From a virus (Duplodnaviria; Caudoviricetes), in the IMG/VR virus record IMGVR_UViG_3300030099_001111, positions 1-52,426 of that record: 52,426 bases of DNA; one strand, given 5' to 3'. The position numbers and the translations under genes were made by a program. Below are positions 43,257 through 52,426 of the stretch, piece by piece (within the stretch, counting starts at the first letter, position 1; every line of letters begins with the position of its first letter). The notes beneath the pieces were generated by a model. That model was not told where the DNA came from. It did not search any database and saw nothing but the letters and a program-made list of their open reading frames with translations.

Positions 43257-44893
43257 ACATTATCATTTCTGACATTATCATTTTTGACAAAGAATCTGTA
43301 TGGTCCTGCGTTAAATTCATTACCCATTATTTTTTTAAAACTAGAACTATATCTAGAAGCATATTCATAGTTATTTAATCCTTTAACAAAATATTCAGCA
43401 TCATTTAAACTTAACTCTGGTTTTTCTATTAATTTAAACCAATTAACATCAACAGGATTATATTTAAATTCTTGACCAAATCCAAAGAAACCTTTTGATG
43501 TTTTTTCTAAACCAAACATTTGTATTTTTATTGCTTGACGATAAGCTTTTTGTCTTCCGGTTGGACCAGAAAATTGAGGAAATCTTTGTAGTTCTTGAGC
43601 AGTTCTAATAGCTGTACTAATAAAGTAACTTTCTAAACTATCACCTCTTTCATTTGTTAATTCAGATAATTGAAAATCTATTTCGTTACCTTCTTCTTCA
43701 ATTAATATTTTAAAGTCGTCTCTTAGTTTTGTATTAAGAACTTCTTCTTCTTCTTGATTTATAGTTCTTTTAAAACTAGGTTGTTTTGCACTTTTTAAGT
43801 TTAACTTAGACAATTCAAAGTCCATTTTATTTGTATCATAAGCCATAGCAGTTGTGCCTATAGCTATAGCATAAACATCCCTTTCTCTACCAATTAAAAC
43901 GTCAAGTGGATTTTGACCATCTTGTATTGCCTTTTGAGCTTTAACAAAAGCAGATTGTAATACTGGTCTTTCACCAGCTATAATGTCATTAAAGCCCGGT
44001 AAGCCCGGTATCTCGACTCCTAGAACAGCAGCTCTATCTAAATCTTCTAAAGTTAATTTATAACCAGATTGATTTACTTTATTTAAGAAACTATTCTTAT
44101 CTAGTTTTAATCTTTCAGCTGAAGTATAAAGCATAGGCATCTCAACTTCTTGAGCTGCTTTATTAATATTATCTACACTTGCTTGATTATCTTCTTGTTC
44201 TTGTTGTTCGAGAGGCTTGACATAATTTAAGCTCATTCTATCTTGAGCTTTCTTATTAGCCTCGGCATTCTCAACAGCGACTTCATATTGACCTCTTTCA
44301 GCTGCAAACATATTAGGAAATATTTTAGCAAAAGCAGCATTTAATAAGTTCTGTTTAGCTGGGTCATTACTTAAAGCAGCATACTTAGCTTTATAAGAAT
44401 CCATAGCTGCTTTGTTATACATTTCATAAGTAGCCATAGAAACCTCTGGAGCTTTACCTAGTTTTTGAATATCTTTTTCTGCTTCATCTTGATATTTATT
44501 GTAGAGTTCTAAAGCATACTTTCTACTGTCAGGGTCTAACTGATTTATTTGTGTGTAGTTTTTACCTGAAGCTAAAACTGAAGGGTCGCTATTAAATAGC
44601 TCAATAGCTTTTAATCTTTTAAACTCTTCAGGGTCTTTGAGGTAACTTTGATAGTCAGCTCTATCATCTTTTGATAATTCATATTTAGCTTGATTATTTC
44701 TAAAAATACTATCGTACTCCATTTGTAAATTATTGTAAGCATCATTCAAACCTTGCTTTAATCTTCTTTGTTGTCCTTTCAAGAACCCACCGAGCAAACT
44801 GTAAACAAAGTCTCTACGTTTTGCTTTTTTTCCTTGACCTAATAAACTAGTGGCTACTTGACCAAATTTAGAATCTTTTAAATAATCACTCAT
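43226..44893 (-). CDS. Putative internal virion protein
   Basis: 555 aa, helical, in the cluster. Confidence 0.65.
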   Translation of the reverse strand: MSDYLKDSKFGQVATSLLGQGKKAKRRDFVYSLLGGFLKGQQRRLKQGLNDAYNNLQMEYDSIFRNNQAKYELSKDDRADYQSYLKDPEEFKRLKAIELFNSDPSVLASGKNYTQINQLDPDSRKYALELYNKYQDEAEKDIQKLGKAPEVSMATYEMYNKAAMDSYKAKYAALSNDPAKQNLLNAAFAKIFPNMFAAERGQYEVAVENAEANKKAQDRMSLNYVKPLEQQEQEDNQASVDNINKAAQEVEMPMLYTSAERLKLDKNSFLNKVNQSGYKLTLEDLDRAAVLGVEIPGLPGFNDIIAGERPVLQSAFVKAQKAIQDGQNPLDVLIGRERDVYAIAIGTTAMAYDTNKMDFELSKLNLKSAKQPSFKRTINQEEEEVLNTKLRDDFKILIEEEGNEIDFQLSELTNERGDSLESYFISTAIRTAQELQRFPQFSGPTGRQKAYRQAIKIQMFGLEKTSKGFFGFGQEFKYNPVDVNWFKLIEKPELSLNDAEYFVKGLNNYEYASRYSSSFKKIMGNEFNAGPYRFFVKNDNVRNDNVWDYEVIEED

Positions 44894-45602
44894 CTTTTTC
44901 CCTCGCTAATAAACTTTGTCTAATTTCTGGACCAGCCTCTTTAACTCTGTCGAGTAATGATTTCTCTACTACTCCTTCAGTTAAATTTTCTGGTTTAATT
45001 TCTTTATCCATAGCACCTGCTTGTATTTGTTCAAAAACATTTTCAAACTCTTGTAATTTTTCTGCTATTTCTTCTTCGTCTTCTTCATCAATATCATCGT
45101 TATCAATGTTGTACTGTATGTTTGCTTCCTCACCTATGCTCATAATTAAATACATAATAGGCTCCATGACTAGAAGCATAGTATCTGGGTTAATTTTACC
45201 TTCAGTAAATTTAGCATAAGTAATTGCCATAGCTAAATCACCAACACTAGCTCCGTTTGATAAAGCATTAATAATTTCTTTTACTGCTTCTGGTTGTAGT
45301 ATTTGAGTTAAGATAGCATCAATAGCATCTCTAGGGTTAGCAAACTCTGCTGGTTGTTCCCATGGATAAGGTTGGTCAGGACTGTTTGTTAAAGATTGTC
45401 CGGGTATAGCAGCACCTTGAGATTTTAAAGCTACTAGTTTATCTAAACCTTCTTGACTATCTCTAAGCTGACCTCTAACTTTTGGTTTATCTTCAATATC
45501 ATCTAAGTCAACACCAGCCGCTTGAGCATCTAAAATAACCTGCTCAACAGCATCTGTTAAATTATTAGATACTACAGGTCTTAATTCTCTTTGTTGTGCC
45601 AT
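44886..45602 (-). CDS. Conserved virion-module protein (IPGQSLT...PWEQP type)
   Basis: Motif typical of marine podovirus structural modules. Confidence 0.7.
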   Translation of the reverse strand: MAQQRELRPVVSNNLTDAVEQVILDAQAAGVDLDDIEDKPKVRGQLRDSQEGLDKLVALKSQGAAIPGQSLTNSPDQPYPWEQPAEFANPRDAIDAILTQILQPEAVKEIINALSNGASVGDLAMAITYAKFTEGKINPDTMLLVMEPIMYLIMSIGEEANIQYNIDNDDIDEEDEEEIAEKLQEFENVFEQIQAGAMDKEIKPENLTEGVVEKSLLDRVKEAGPEIRQSLLAREKDE

Positions 45603-46411
45603 TATACCATACCTCCTACAGTTTCTTGTCTATATAAATCACTAGCTAAGTAACCAACATCTCCTGTTCCAAACTGTAAATTATTATAAGCATCATTTAA
45701 ATTGACAGCTGGTTGAGCAAAAGACACTTGTAATGGGTCTAACATACTTTGTTCATCGCCTCCATAGCCTACATATTGACCCGGTATTTCTGGGTCTGGT
45801 TGTAGCTTTGATTCAGCATAACTCATACCTACATCTCTAACAAATTGACCTGCAGTAGTATCAAAGAATCCTGTTTGTTTTACTGTTTCAACTTTATCCC
45901 CTGCTCTTACAATTTTACCACTAGCATCTAAATAAGAACCAGATACTTGTGCTGTATCTTTAAAAGAAGCAGGTAAATTAGATATTTCAGATTGAGTTAA
46001 AGGTTGTCCTGTTTCAATATTTAAATATGAATTATTAACAGGGTCAAAAGCTATTTTATCTAAATTTAATCTTCCTGCTTCACTTGTAAAACCTAAAAAG
46101 TCTGTAACTTTACCAGCTCCTGTACCCACAGCAGCTCCTAAAAACTCAAATGGTTTAGCCACTGTGCCTACTACAGGTAGACCAGTAATAAAGTTTTTAG
46201 CTCCAATTAATGCTTTACCTACTGCTGAAGTTGCAAACTGACCTCCAAAAGCTCCTACCGCTGCTCCTCCCGTGACTAAAGCTGCTCCTACAAGTGCTAT
46301 AGTTTTAAGGATTTTACTTTTGCTAATTTTCTTAACAACTTTCTTAACTCCTCTGACTACTTTTTTAATGCCTTTTTTTACTTTTTTAAAGACTTTTCTT
46401 AAAAATCCCAT
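45602..46411 (-). CDS. Putative ejection protein with cationic amphipathic N-terminus
   Basis: MGFLRKVFKKVKKGIKKVV... followed by a G/A-rich hydrophobic segment. Confidence 0.65.
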   Translation of the reverse strand: MGFLRKVFKKVKKGIKKVVRGVKKVVKKISKSKILKTIALVGAALVTGGAAVGAFGGQFATSAVGKALIGAKNFITGLPVVGTVAKPFEFLGAAVGTGAGKVTDFLGFTSEAGRLNLDKIAFDPVNNSYLNIETGQPLTQSEISNLPASFKDTAQVSGSYLDASGKIVRAGDKVETVKQTGFFDTTAGQFVRDVGMSYAESKLQPDPEIPGQYVGYGGDEQSMLDPLQVSFAQPAVNLNDAYNNLQFGTGDVGYLASDLYRQETVGGMV

Positions 46412-46412
46412 T

Positions 46413-48752
46413 TTATATATCCTCTGTTATTATTCCTATTAAGTTTTCTATTGCTGCTAAACCACTACCATACCTTTCAGGGTCAGAAGCTAGTGCTGTA
46501 CTAACTAATTGAGCTATTCTATTTTTTTCATTTTCTCCAGCTCTAAAATCATAATCAGCATTATCCCGTAACTCTTGCCACATAAAAGATAAAGCAGTTT
46601 GTGACATATTAAAAGCATTCATAGCATTCTGCATATTGATAGCATTTTGTGCTGCTGTGTTAGCAGTATTAGCTTGTCTTCGCCATTGAACATTAGAAGC
46701 TTCGACAACTGCTCTGTTTTGTGAATTCCATTGATTTCTAGCAAAGTCTTGATTAGCATTAAACTCAGCTACTTGAGTTTTTAATTGCGTATTAAATTTA
46801 TTTACATCGGCTTGTCTTTGAGCATCTCGAGCTGCTGCTGCGTTCTGTTGTGTATTATTAAATTGATTAACTGCATTAGTTTGTTGAGTATTAAACTGGT
46901 CAACTTGAACTGCTAAACTATTATTAAATTGTTCTACTTGCATTTCTGAAGTAGCATTAAATTGTCTTCTAGCATTCTCAGCTGATTGATTAGATAATAT
47001 TCTTTGTTGTTCTTGCTGAGCTTCTATCATGTAACTTTGTTGTTCAGCATTTAAATTAGCTAAATCCATACTTAAAAAGTTTTTAGCATTTTGAATTTGT
47101 GATTGTTGAGCAAAGTTAGCTTCTGCTAAGTTAGCTTGTGAAGTTAATATAGCATTTTGGATTGCTACTTGTTGTCTATTCTTAGCTTCAGTTAAACTTA
47201 CAGTTTGTAAAAATCTGCTATTACTTAAATTAGCTTGTTGTTCATTACTAAGATTAGCCAAATCCATTTTAAAAACATTACCAGCATTAAATAAAGCTGC
47301 TTGTTGTCTTCTTTGAGCATCTGCTTCAGCTGCTTGAGCTTCTATACCTCTTTGTTGAGCTACTGATTGTTGAATAGCTTGAGCATTAGATTGAGCTATT
47401 GGTAAAGATGCTTGAATAATAGTATTAACTAAAGTATCTCGACCAACTGTTGAAGCTGACATACCTCTAGCAGCTAACATTTTTTCAACACTAGTTACAG
47501 CAGGTCTAGCCCACATTGGTATTTCTCCTGCTTCTAGTCCAGCTAACAAACTATCAATTTGATTAGAAACTAAAGCTTCTTCTGGTAAACCCTCAATAAT
47601 ACCTCGTTGTTCTTCAGTAAAGTCTGTCAATCTATCTTCAAGAGCTTCAGGGTCATTACCAAGCTCTGTGATATCTTCTTCAGATAAACCAGCATTTCTT
47701 AATTGTTTTTTAGCTCTAGTAACTCTAGCTAAAGTTAGTCCAGCATTTTTAGCTGCTTCAGCTTTAGCTTCAGGACTTAGTTCTCCTTGAGCTGCTGCCA
47801 TTAAAGCACCTTCTTCTATTGCTACAGTAGCTGCTGGAATAGCTTCAACTCTAGCAACTTTAATAGCCTCTGCTAAGTTTTCTGGTCTGATTTGTCCTTG
47901 AGCTATCTTAACTGCAACATCTTCAGGCACTTTTAAAATTTCTTGTATAGTAGAAACTTTAGCTTCTTCTGGACCTTGAGCCTGTGCTATTTGATTAATA
48001 ATACTAACAGTTTCTGCTGGTACTCCTTCAGCTTCTTCAAAGTTTACTGAAGTAGGTTCTGGCATAACTGTAACATTTTGAGCTATACTATCATCTATTT
48101 GTAAGGCATCAGGAATAGTAATTGTTTCTGGCATTTCACCACGAGCTTGAGCTTCTATTTGACTTCTTAAAGCATCTTCTTCTGGAGAAGGAGTCGGTGC
48201 TGGAGTCGGTGCTGGTGCTGGTGTTGGTGCTGGTGTTGGTGCTGGTGTTGGTGCTGGTGTTCCTCCACCCGGGTCAGGCTCAGGTTCAAAATCTCTAGGT
48301 GGCTGGTCTCTGTCATAATCGCCAAAACCTCCAAAGTCTCCAAATCTTGGAGTGCCTGATAAATCTGGTTGAGCTATAGGAGCAGGACTAGGGGTAGTTG
48401 TCGGTGTTACAGGAGTTACATTAACAGGAGGTGTTATAGGTTGTCCGACATCAGGTGATGGTGGTTCTGTTTTTTCACTAGGAGTAGGACTTGGTGTTAT
48501 ACCAATATCAGGTCTACCTGTTTTAGCTCCTTTCGGCACTGCACCAAAAGTAGGTTCTGTTTCTATAGGCTCTATAGGTTTATTAAGCTCATCTATTTTT
48601 TGTTGATTTTGTTTATTAACACGATTCATAGCTCCTAGAGCTACAGTATTAAAACCACCTGTAAACTTTTTAGCTCTTTCAACTTTACCACCTTTTCTGT
48701 AATCTTGACGTACAGATACTGTTCTTGTTCTTTTGTTTTTACTTTTTGCCAT
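46413..48752 (-). CDS. Putative internal virion protein, Pro-rich N-terminus and Q/N/A-rich helical repeats
   Basis: PAPT repeats; ANLxNxQQ and QFNA repeats. Confidence 0.7.
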   Translation of the reverse strand: MAKSKNKRTRTVSVRQDYRKGGKVERAKKFTGGFNTVALGAMNRVNKQNQQKIDELNKPIEPIETEPTFGAVPKGAKTGRPDIGITPSPTPSEKTEPPSPDVGQPITPPVNVTPVTPTTTPSPAPIAQPDLSGTPRFGDFGGFGDYDRDQPPRDFEPEPDPGGGTPAPTPAPTPAPTPAPAPTPAPTPSPEEDALRSQIEAQARGEMPETITIPDALQIDDSIAQNVTVMPEPTSVNFEEAEGVPAETVSIINQIAQAQGPEEAKVSTIQEILKVPEDVAVKIAQGQIRPENLAEAIKVARVEAIPAATVAIEEGALMAAAQGELSPEAKAEAAKNAGLTLARVTRAKKQLRNAGLSEEDITELGNDPEALEDRLTDFTEEQRGIIEGLPEEALVSNQIDSLLAGLEAGEIPMWARPAVTSVEKMLAARGMSASTVGRDTLVNTIIQASLPIAQSNAQAIQQSVAQQRGIEAQAAEADAQRRQQAALFNAGNVFKMDLANLSNEQQANLSNSRFLQTVSLTEAKNRQQVAIQNAILTSQANLAEANFAQQSQIQNAKNFLSMDLANLNAEQQSYMIEAQQEQQRILSNQSAENARRQFNATSEMQVEQFNNSLAVQVDQFNTQQTNAVNQFNNTQQNAAAARDAQRQADVNKFNTQLKTQVAEFNANQDFARNQWNSQNRAVVEASNVQWRRQANTANTAAQNAINMQNAMNAFNMSQTALSFMWQELRDNADYDFRAGENEKNRIAQLVSTALASDPERYGSGLAAIENLIGIITEDI
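48184..48260 (-). repeat. 12-nt tandem repeat encoding (PAPT)n
   Basis: ggtgttggtgct units. Confidence 0.9.
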
Positions 48753-48867
48753 TGTTCTTTTTCCTACTTCTCAGAGTTGTTAAAAGCTTTGAAGGTATAG
48801 TAGATATAGATACGACTAATGTTGAAACAGGAAGTTTCTTAGTCTTTTTAGTTTTTTTAGTATTCAT
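48739..48867 (-). CDS. Possible small basic protein (42 aa)
   Basis: MNTKKTKKTKKLPVSTLVVSI...; fills the gap on the coding strand. Confidence 0.35.
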   Translation of the reverse strand: MNTKKTKKTKKLPVSTLVVSISTIPSKLLTTLRSRKKNNGKK

Positions 48868-48877
48868 TTATATTTTA

Positions 48878-49117
48878 CTATCTTTCAAAGAGTTTGTCAA
48901 TCTTCTCATCTAATTTTTCTAATCTATCAATCAGGACACTCATATCATCTTTGACTTCAGACTTTGTTATATAATCTTTTGCTATTTCTTCTCTGGTTTT
49001 ATTTAATAATATATCTAATCTTTTTAACTCTGACCCATTCTGTCTAATACTATACAGCACTGGAGCTAAGACCAGAGTTATAAAGATATTCCAAAACATT
49101 AAGCTGGATATTTCCAT
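48878..49117 (-). CDS. Small membrane-anchored coiled-coil protein
   Basis: N-terminal TM helix, LLNKTREEIAKDY motif. Confidence 0.7.
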   Translation of the reverse strand: MEISSLMFWNIFITLVLAPVLYSIRQNGSELKRLDILLNKTREEIAKDYITKSEVKDDMSVLIDRLEKLDEKIDKLFER

Positions 49118-49119
49118 AC

Positions 49120-49479
49120 CTAGCTTATAATTTTATTAACGGATGTTGGGGTAACTTTCTCAGCTATCTGAGCATCAATCCCAGCTTTAAGAGCTGTAAC
49201 TTCATCAGACCCCATAGCTGCTTCGACCCAGCCTTGGACATCTGATAACTTTACACTAGCAAAAGCTGTGAAGCTTGATAAATCTGAAACATCTAATGAT
49301 TGACTACCATAAACTTCTCCAGTTTGTGGGTTACCATCAGCATCGTTGTTAGCATCGTCAGACCCTTTTAGTCTCCAATGCACGTTATAAATTACATCAG
49401 ACTCAGTGTTTGAACTGCTATCTGTATGTGAAGGGTAAGTATCAACGTTTGATACATCCCAAGTATATGATATAGCCAT
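49120..49479 (-). CDS. Tail-fibre-associated protein
   Basis: YTW.V...DVIYNVHW...V.GWV motif; directly downstream of the fibre; GGAGG RBS. Confidence 0.7.
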   Translation of the reverse strand: MAISYTWDVSNVDTYPSHTDSSSNTESDVIYNVHWRLKGSDDANNDADGNPQTGEVYGSQSLDVSDLSSFTAFASVKLSDVQGWVEAAMGSDEVTALKAGIDAQIAEKVTPTSVNKIIS

Positions 49480-49480
49480 T

Positions 49481-52426
49481 TTAGTTTCCTCCTTTAAATA
49501 GCTTTAATTCAGCCTTAAGAGTCTCAATAGTTTCTATTAAGCTCTCGTAGCCTTCCATGTCCTCAAGACCTTTCGGGCTATGAGAATGTTTCTTAAGTTC
49601 TTTAATTTCTTTTTGTTGTTCTTTCATACCAGCAACTAAATGTACTACCAACTTAGAGTAATCCATTTGATAATAACCATCTTCGGTTTCTGACACTGCG
49701 TTAGGTACTAGCTCTTTAACCTCTTGAGCTATCAAACCCTCATCAGACTTGCCATCTGCTTTCCAGTCGTAAGAAACTGGATTAAGTTCGTTAATAACTT
49801 CTAAACCTCTAGCAGAACCTGTAATGTCTTTTAGTCTGGCATCTGAAGAAGTGTTGTAAGTTGTGGCTGAACCTGTGACTGAGATAGTACCTACTGTTGT
49901 GCTATCTTTTTGAAATAAAGCTACATTACCATCTGTTGATAATCTATTTAATAGTAATGAAAAGTCAGTTCTAGTTGATTTGACAATACCAATACTTGAA
50001 ATAGTTGTACCTGCTACAGCATTATTATCAGAGGTCTTACCAATCATCAAGTTACCTGAACCATCTATTCTGGCACGTTCACTCCCACCAGTTGATAGGG
50101 TCATAAAGCCATCGTTTAGAACGATTTTTGCTTGTTCTGAGAAACCTGATAAATCTATTACTTGGTCGTTATCATCTCTATCACCAAAGAAAATAGTGTT
50201 TGATTGTTTTTCTAGTGTATTTAGACCTTCTAGTTTTAAATTACCATTTAATCTTAAATTGCCCTCTACATGTAGCTTCTCACTTGGCGAAGTAGTGCCT
50301 ATGCCTAGACCTGTGTTGGTTAATCTAATTTTTTCTGTCGGTGCTGTATTAGAAGTAGAAAGTCCTATTGCTAGTGCATGGTCATTACCTGCTGCATTTG
50401 TAGATAAAGTTTGTAGATATGACCTTACTCCTGCACCACCCGAAGAACCATCATTACCATAAAACTCAATTTTACCAACAGAGCCTCCTGATGTTTGTGG
50501 GTCTGTAGTATCTTCTAATCTTATAACTGGACTAGCACTACTAACATGTAACTTCTCACTCGGCGAATCAGTTCCTATACCAACGTTGCCTGAACTGTCT
50601 ATTCTCATGGCTTCAGATGAGCCTTGTATAAATCTTAAATCTCTGCCTGTTGATGAGTTGACACCTCTTGAGTATATTGAGTTCTGTGAAGAATCAATAG
50701 CTAATAATAAACTAGCTGCTGTGCCTGTGTTTCTAACTTGTATACTTGAGCCTGATGAAGCTGCTACATCTAACTTAGCACTTGGCGAAGTCGTTCCTAT
50801 GCCGAGGTTGCCGACAGAATCAAGACGCATTTTTTCAGCATCTCTAGTTTTCCAGATATGTTTACTTGAAGTATCGTCTCTGTAATCTGTGTAAATTAAA
50901 CCAGATTCACCACCTATATTACCGCCCGGATTGTATCTAATTTCTCCATAAGCTCCAGTATTTCTATATAGTTGGATTGCTGGGTCTGGTAGAGCAGTAC
51001 CATCAGTAGATACTCTTAAAGTAGTGTTTACACCTGAACCACCTTTTACTTCTAGATTTGTATCTGGCGAAGTCGTGCCTATACCTACGTTGCCACCATA
51101 CGGGTTTAATGCTAGTTCATCGGTTGTGCCATTTGACCTACCTGACTGTATTGCATTTGTATCTGTCGTTGCATTAGCATAGCCCATATATAGACCATAT
51201 TCGTTAGCATGGTTAACTACAGACCTAAATGTAGAATTAGATATAAAGTTGCTAAATGTAGATTGTGTCGTTGTGCTACCACCTTTAACATGAAGTTTTG
51301 ACTGTGGCGAAGTAGTTCCTATACCAACATGTCCTGAACTGTCTATTCTCATGGCTTCTGAGCCTTGTGGCTTAAATGTCATACCTCTATCAACTTTTTG
51401 AAAAGCAAAATAATCACTGCTTCCATCTATTATTAGGAATGTTGGTTCTGCTGTACTACTGGTAGTAGCAAGTCTAATTTGTGTTTGCGCACTAGAACTT
51501 ACATGTAATGGCGAAACTGGCGAAGTAGTTCCTATGCCTACGTTGCCTGAGGTGTCTATTCTAAGTCTTTCAGTAGTACCCCCAGTCTTGAATAGCAAGT
51601 TTCCACCAGTTCCTTGAATTTGCGACTGCCATGCTTGGTCGATGAAGTTAATATTACCACCAGTAGTGTTATTGCTGTAAATTCTAAATTCAGGAGCAGA
51701 ATCTTGTATATGTAATAAAGCATTTGGCGAAGTAGTTCCTATACCAAGGTTGCCTGAGGGGTCAATAGATAAACGAGTATTTGTTCCAAGAACATCATTA
51801 TCTGCAATTTCAAAATTACTACTATGTACACCTATAGCAAAAGTGTTTGCAGGTTTTACAAACTTAATTTGTGGTCTTGCACTTGCACCATTGACACTAA
51901 CTGATACACCAGAAGTTCCAACATCTCTGATGAACTCTGCTATATTTGCACCACCACCACCACCTGTTACTTTAAAAGCTACAGTATTGTCATCATGGTC
52001 TACTCTTAATTTTACATCTGGCGAAGTCGTTCCTATGCCGACATTGCCTGAACTGTCTATTCTCATACGTTCAGCAGGATTAGAACCTGATGTTCTTGTA
52101 GAAAAAATCATTGATGATGATGTGTTTCCGCTTGTTGCGTTTTCTTTAATAGCATGTATGCCACCAAAGGCTGTATTAGAATCAGATTGACCAGTAGCAG
52201 CTTTACCTGTGAATGTAACACCACCACCTACACCAGCTGCCATTGCTGTATCATCACCAAGTTGTAGGACTGATTGTGTGCTTCCAAATGTTTGTGAAGT
52301 AGCGTGTACTGTAACAGGTCTATTTGGCGAAGTAGTTCCTATGCCAACATTTCCATTTGTACCAGTAATATACATTCTAGTATTTCCTGTGCTTGAAAGA
52401 GATGTTGCGTTGGTGTTGAAATATAA
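49481..52426 (-). CDS. Tail fibre distal version B with peptidase S74 chaperone; 5'-partial, continues from position 1571
   Basis: Nine GIGTxSP modules then SDARLKD...GLIAQEV...MDYSKLV; in frame with ATG 5482 through the 74-nt overlap. Confidence 0.9.
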   Translation of the reverse strand, partial: LYFNTNATSLSSTGNTRMYITGTNGNVGIGTTSPNRPVTVHATSQTFGSTQSVLQLGDDTAMAAGVGGGVTFTGKAATGQSDSNTAFGGIHAIKENATSGNTSSSMIFSTRTSGSNPAERMRIDSSGNVGIGTTSPDVKLRVDHDDNTVAFKVTGGGGGANIAEFIRDVGTSGVSVSVNGASARPQIKFVKPANTFAIGVHSSNFEIADNDVLGTNTRLSIDPSGNLGIGTTSPNALLHIQDSAPEFRIYSNNTTGGNINFIDQAWQSQIQGTGGNLLFKTGGTTERLRIDTSGNVGIGTTSPVSPLHVSSSAQTQIRLATTSSTAEPTFLIIDGSSDYFAFQKVDRGMTFKPQGSEAMRIDSSGHVGIGTTSPQSKLHVKGGSTTTQSTFSNFISNSTFRSVVNHANEYGLYMGYANATTDTNAIQSGRSNGTTDELALNPYGGNVGIGTTSPDTNLEVKGGSGVNTTLRVSTDGTALPDPAIQLYRNTGAYGEIRYNPGGNIGGESGLIYTDYRDDTSSKHIWKTRDAEKMRLDSVGNLGIGTTSPSAKLDVAASSGSSIQVRNTGTAASLLLAIDSSQNSIYSRGVNSSTGRDLRFIQGSSEAMRIDSSGNVGIGTDSPSEKLHVSSASPVIRLEDTTDPQTSGGSVGKIEFYGNDGSSGGAGVRSYLQTLSTNAAGNDHALAIGLSTSNTAPTEKIRLTNTGLGIGTTSPSEKLHVEGNLRLNGNLKLEGLNTLEKQSNTIFFGDRDDNDQVIDLSGFSEQAKIVLNDGFMTLSTGGSERARIDGSGNLMIGKTSDNNAVAGTTISSIGIVKSTRTDFSLLLNRLSTDGNVALFQKDSTTVGTISVTGSATTYNTSSDARLKDITGSARGLEVINELNPVSYDWKADGKSDEGLIAQEVKELVPNAVSETEDGYYQMDYSKLVVHLVAGMKEQQKEIKELKKHSHSPKGLEDMEGYESLIETIETLKAELKLFKGGN
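50286..52331 (-). repeat. Nine GIGTxSP module-junction repeats, all with TTCGCC
   Basis: ggcgaa on + at 50286, 50562, 50784, 51066, 51306, 51519, 51726, 52020, 52326. Confidence 0.9.
52353..52426. repeat. 74-nt exact copy of 1497-1570
   Basis: Direct comparison. Confidence 0.95.

Noticed and set aside
34159-48913. + strand ORFs 34159, 36417, 37718, 39345, 40591, 41167, 48725
   Set aside because: Antisense to the continuous - strand operon.
49980-52190. + strand ORFs 49980-50462, 50586-50885, 51750-52190
   Set aside because: Antisense shadows of fibre version B.
49481-52426. Invertase-type shufflon (Mu Gin or Rci-like)
   Set aside because: All modules and junction repeats are in direct orientation and no serine or tyrosine recombinase catalytic domain is evident.
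52353-52426. Physical terminal repeat of the phage
   Set aside because: The match is to an internal site within a coding region, which looks like an assembly overlap; real termini more likely lie near 17040-17565.

Overview
The window is most or all of the genome of an AT-rich, probably marine podovirus. It has T7-like replication genes (primase-helicase, family A DNA polymerase, gp2.5-like SSB, class Ia RNR) and no RNA polymerase gene, and uses sigma70-type promoters. The head and tail module (TerS, TerL, ~730-aa portal, scaffold, major capsid, tail tubular proteins, ejection proteins) resembles my recollection of HMO-2011/CRP-901-type phages; that assignment is unverified. The last 74 nt are identical to 1497-1570, so the contig closes into a circle inside a giant tail-fibre gene and holds two alternative distal fibre versions (1-1496 and 49481-52352). 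The strongest leads are five. (1) The fibre is a string of ~70-100 aa modules joined at GIGTxSP junctions; 16 of 19 junctions keep the DNA hexamer TTCGCC while neighbouring codons drift, and the two versions switch exactly there. (2) A CsgF-CsgG-curlin-like-FecR-CHASE2 adenylate cyclase operon sits next to holin-like genes, with no recognisable endolysin. (3) An early array of small genes is separated by repeated terminator/RBS cassettes. (4) Several structured RNAs are predicted: a triple hairpin before the scaffold gene, an anti-RBS hairpin, and a promoter-terminator-bounded sRNA. (5) There is a TonB-like membrane protein. All calls are by eye from motifs; no database searches were run.
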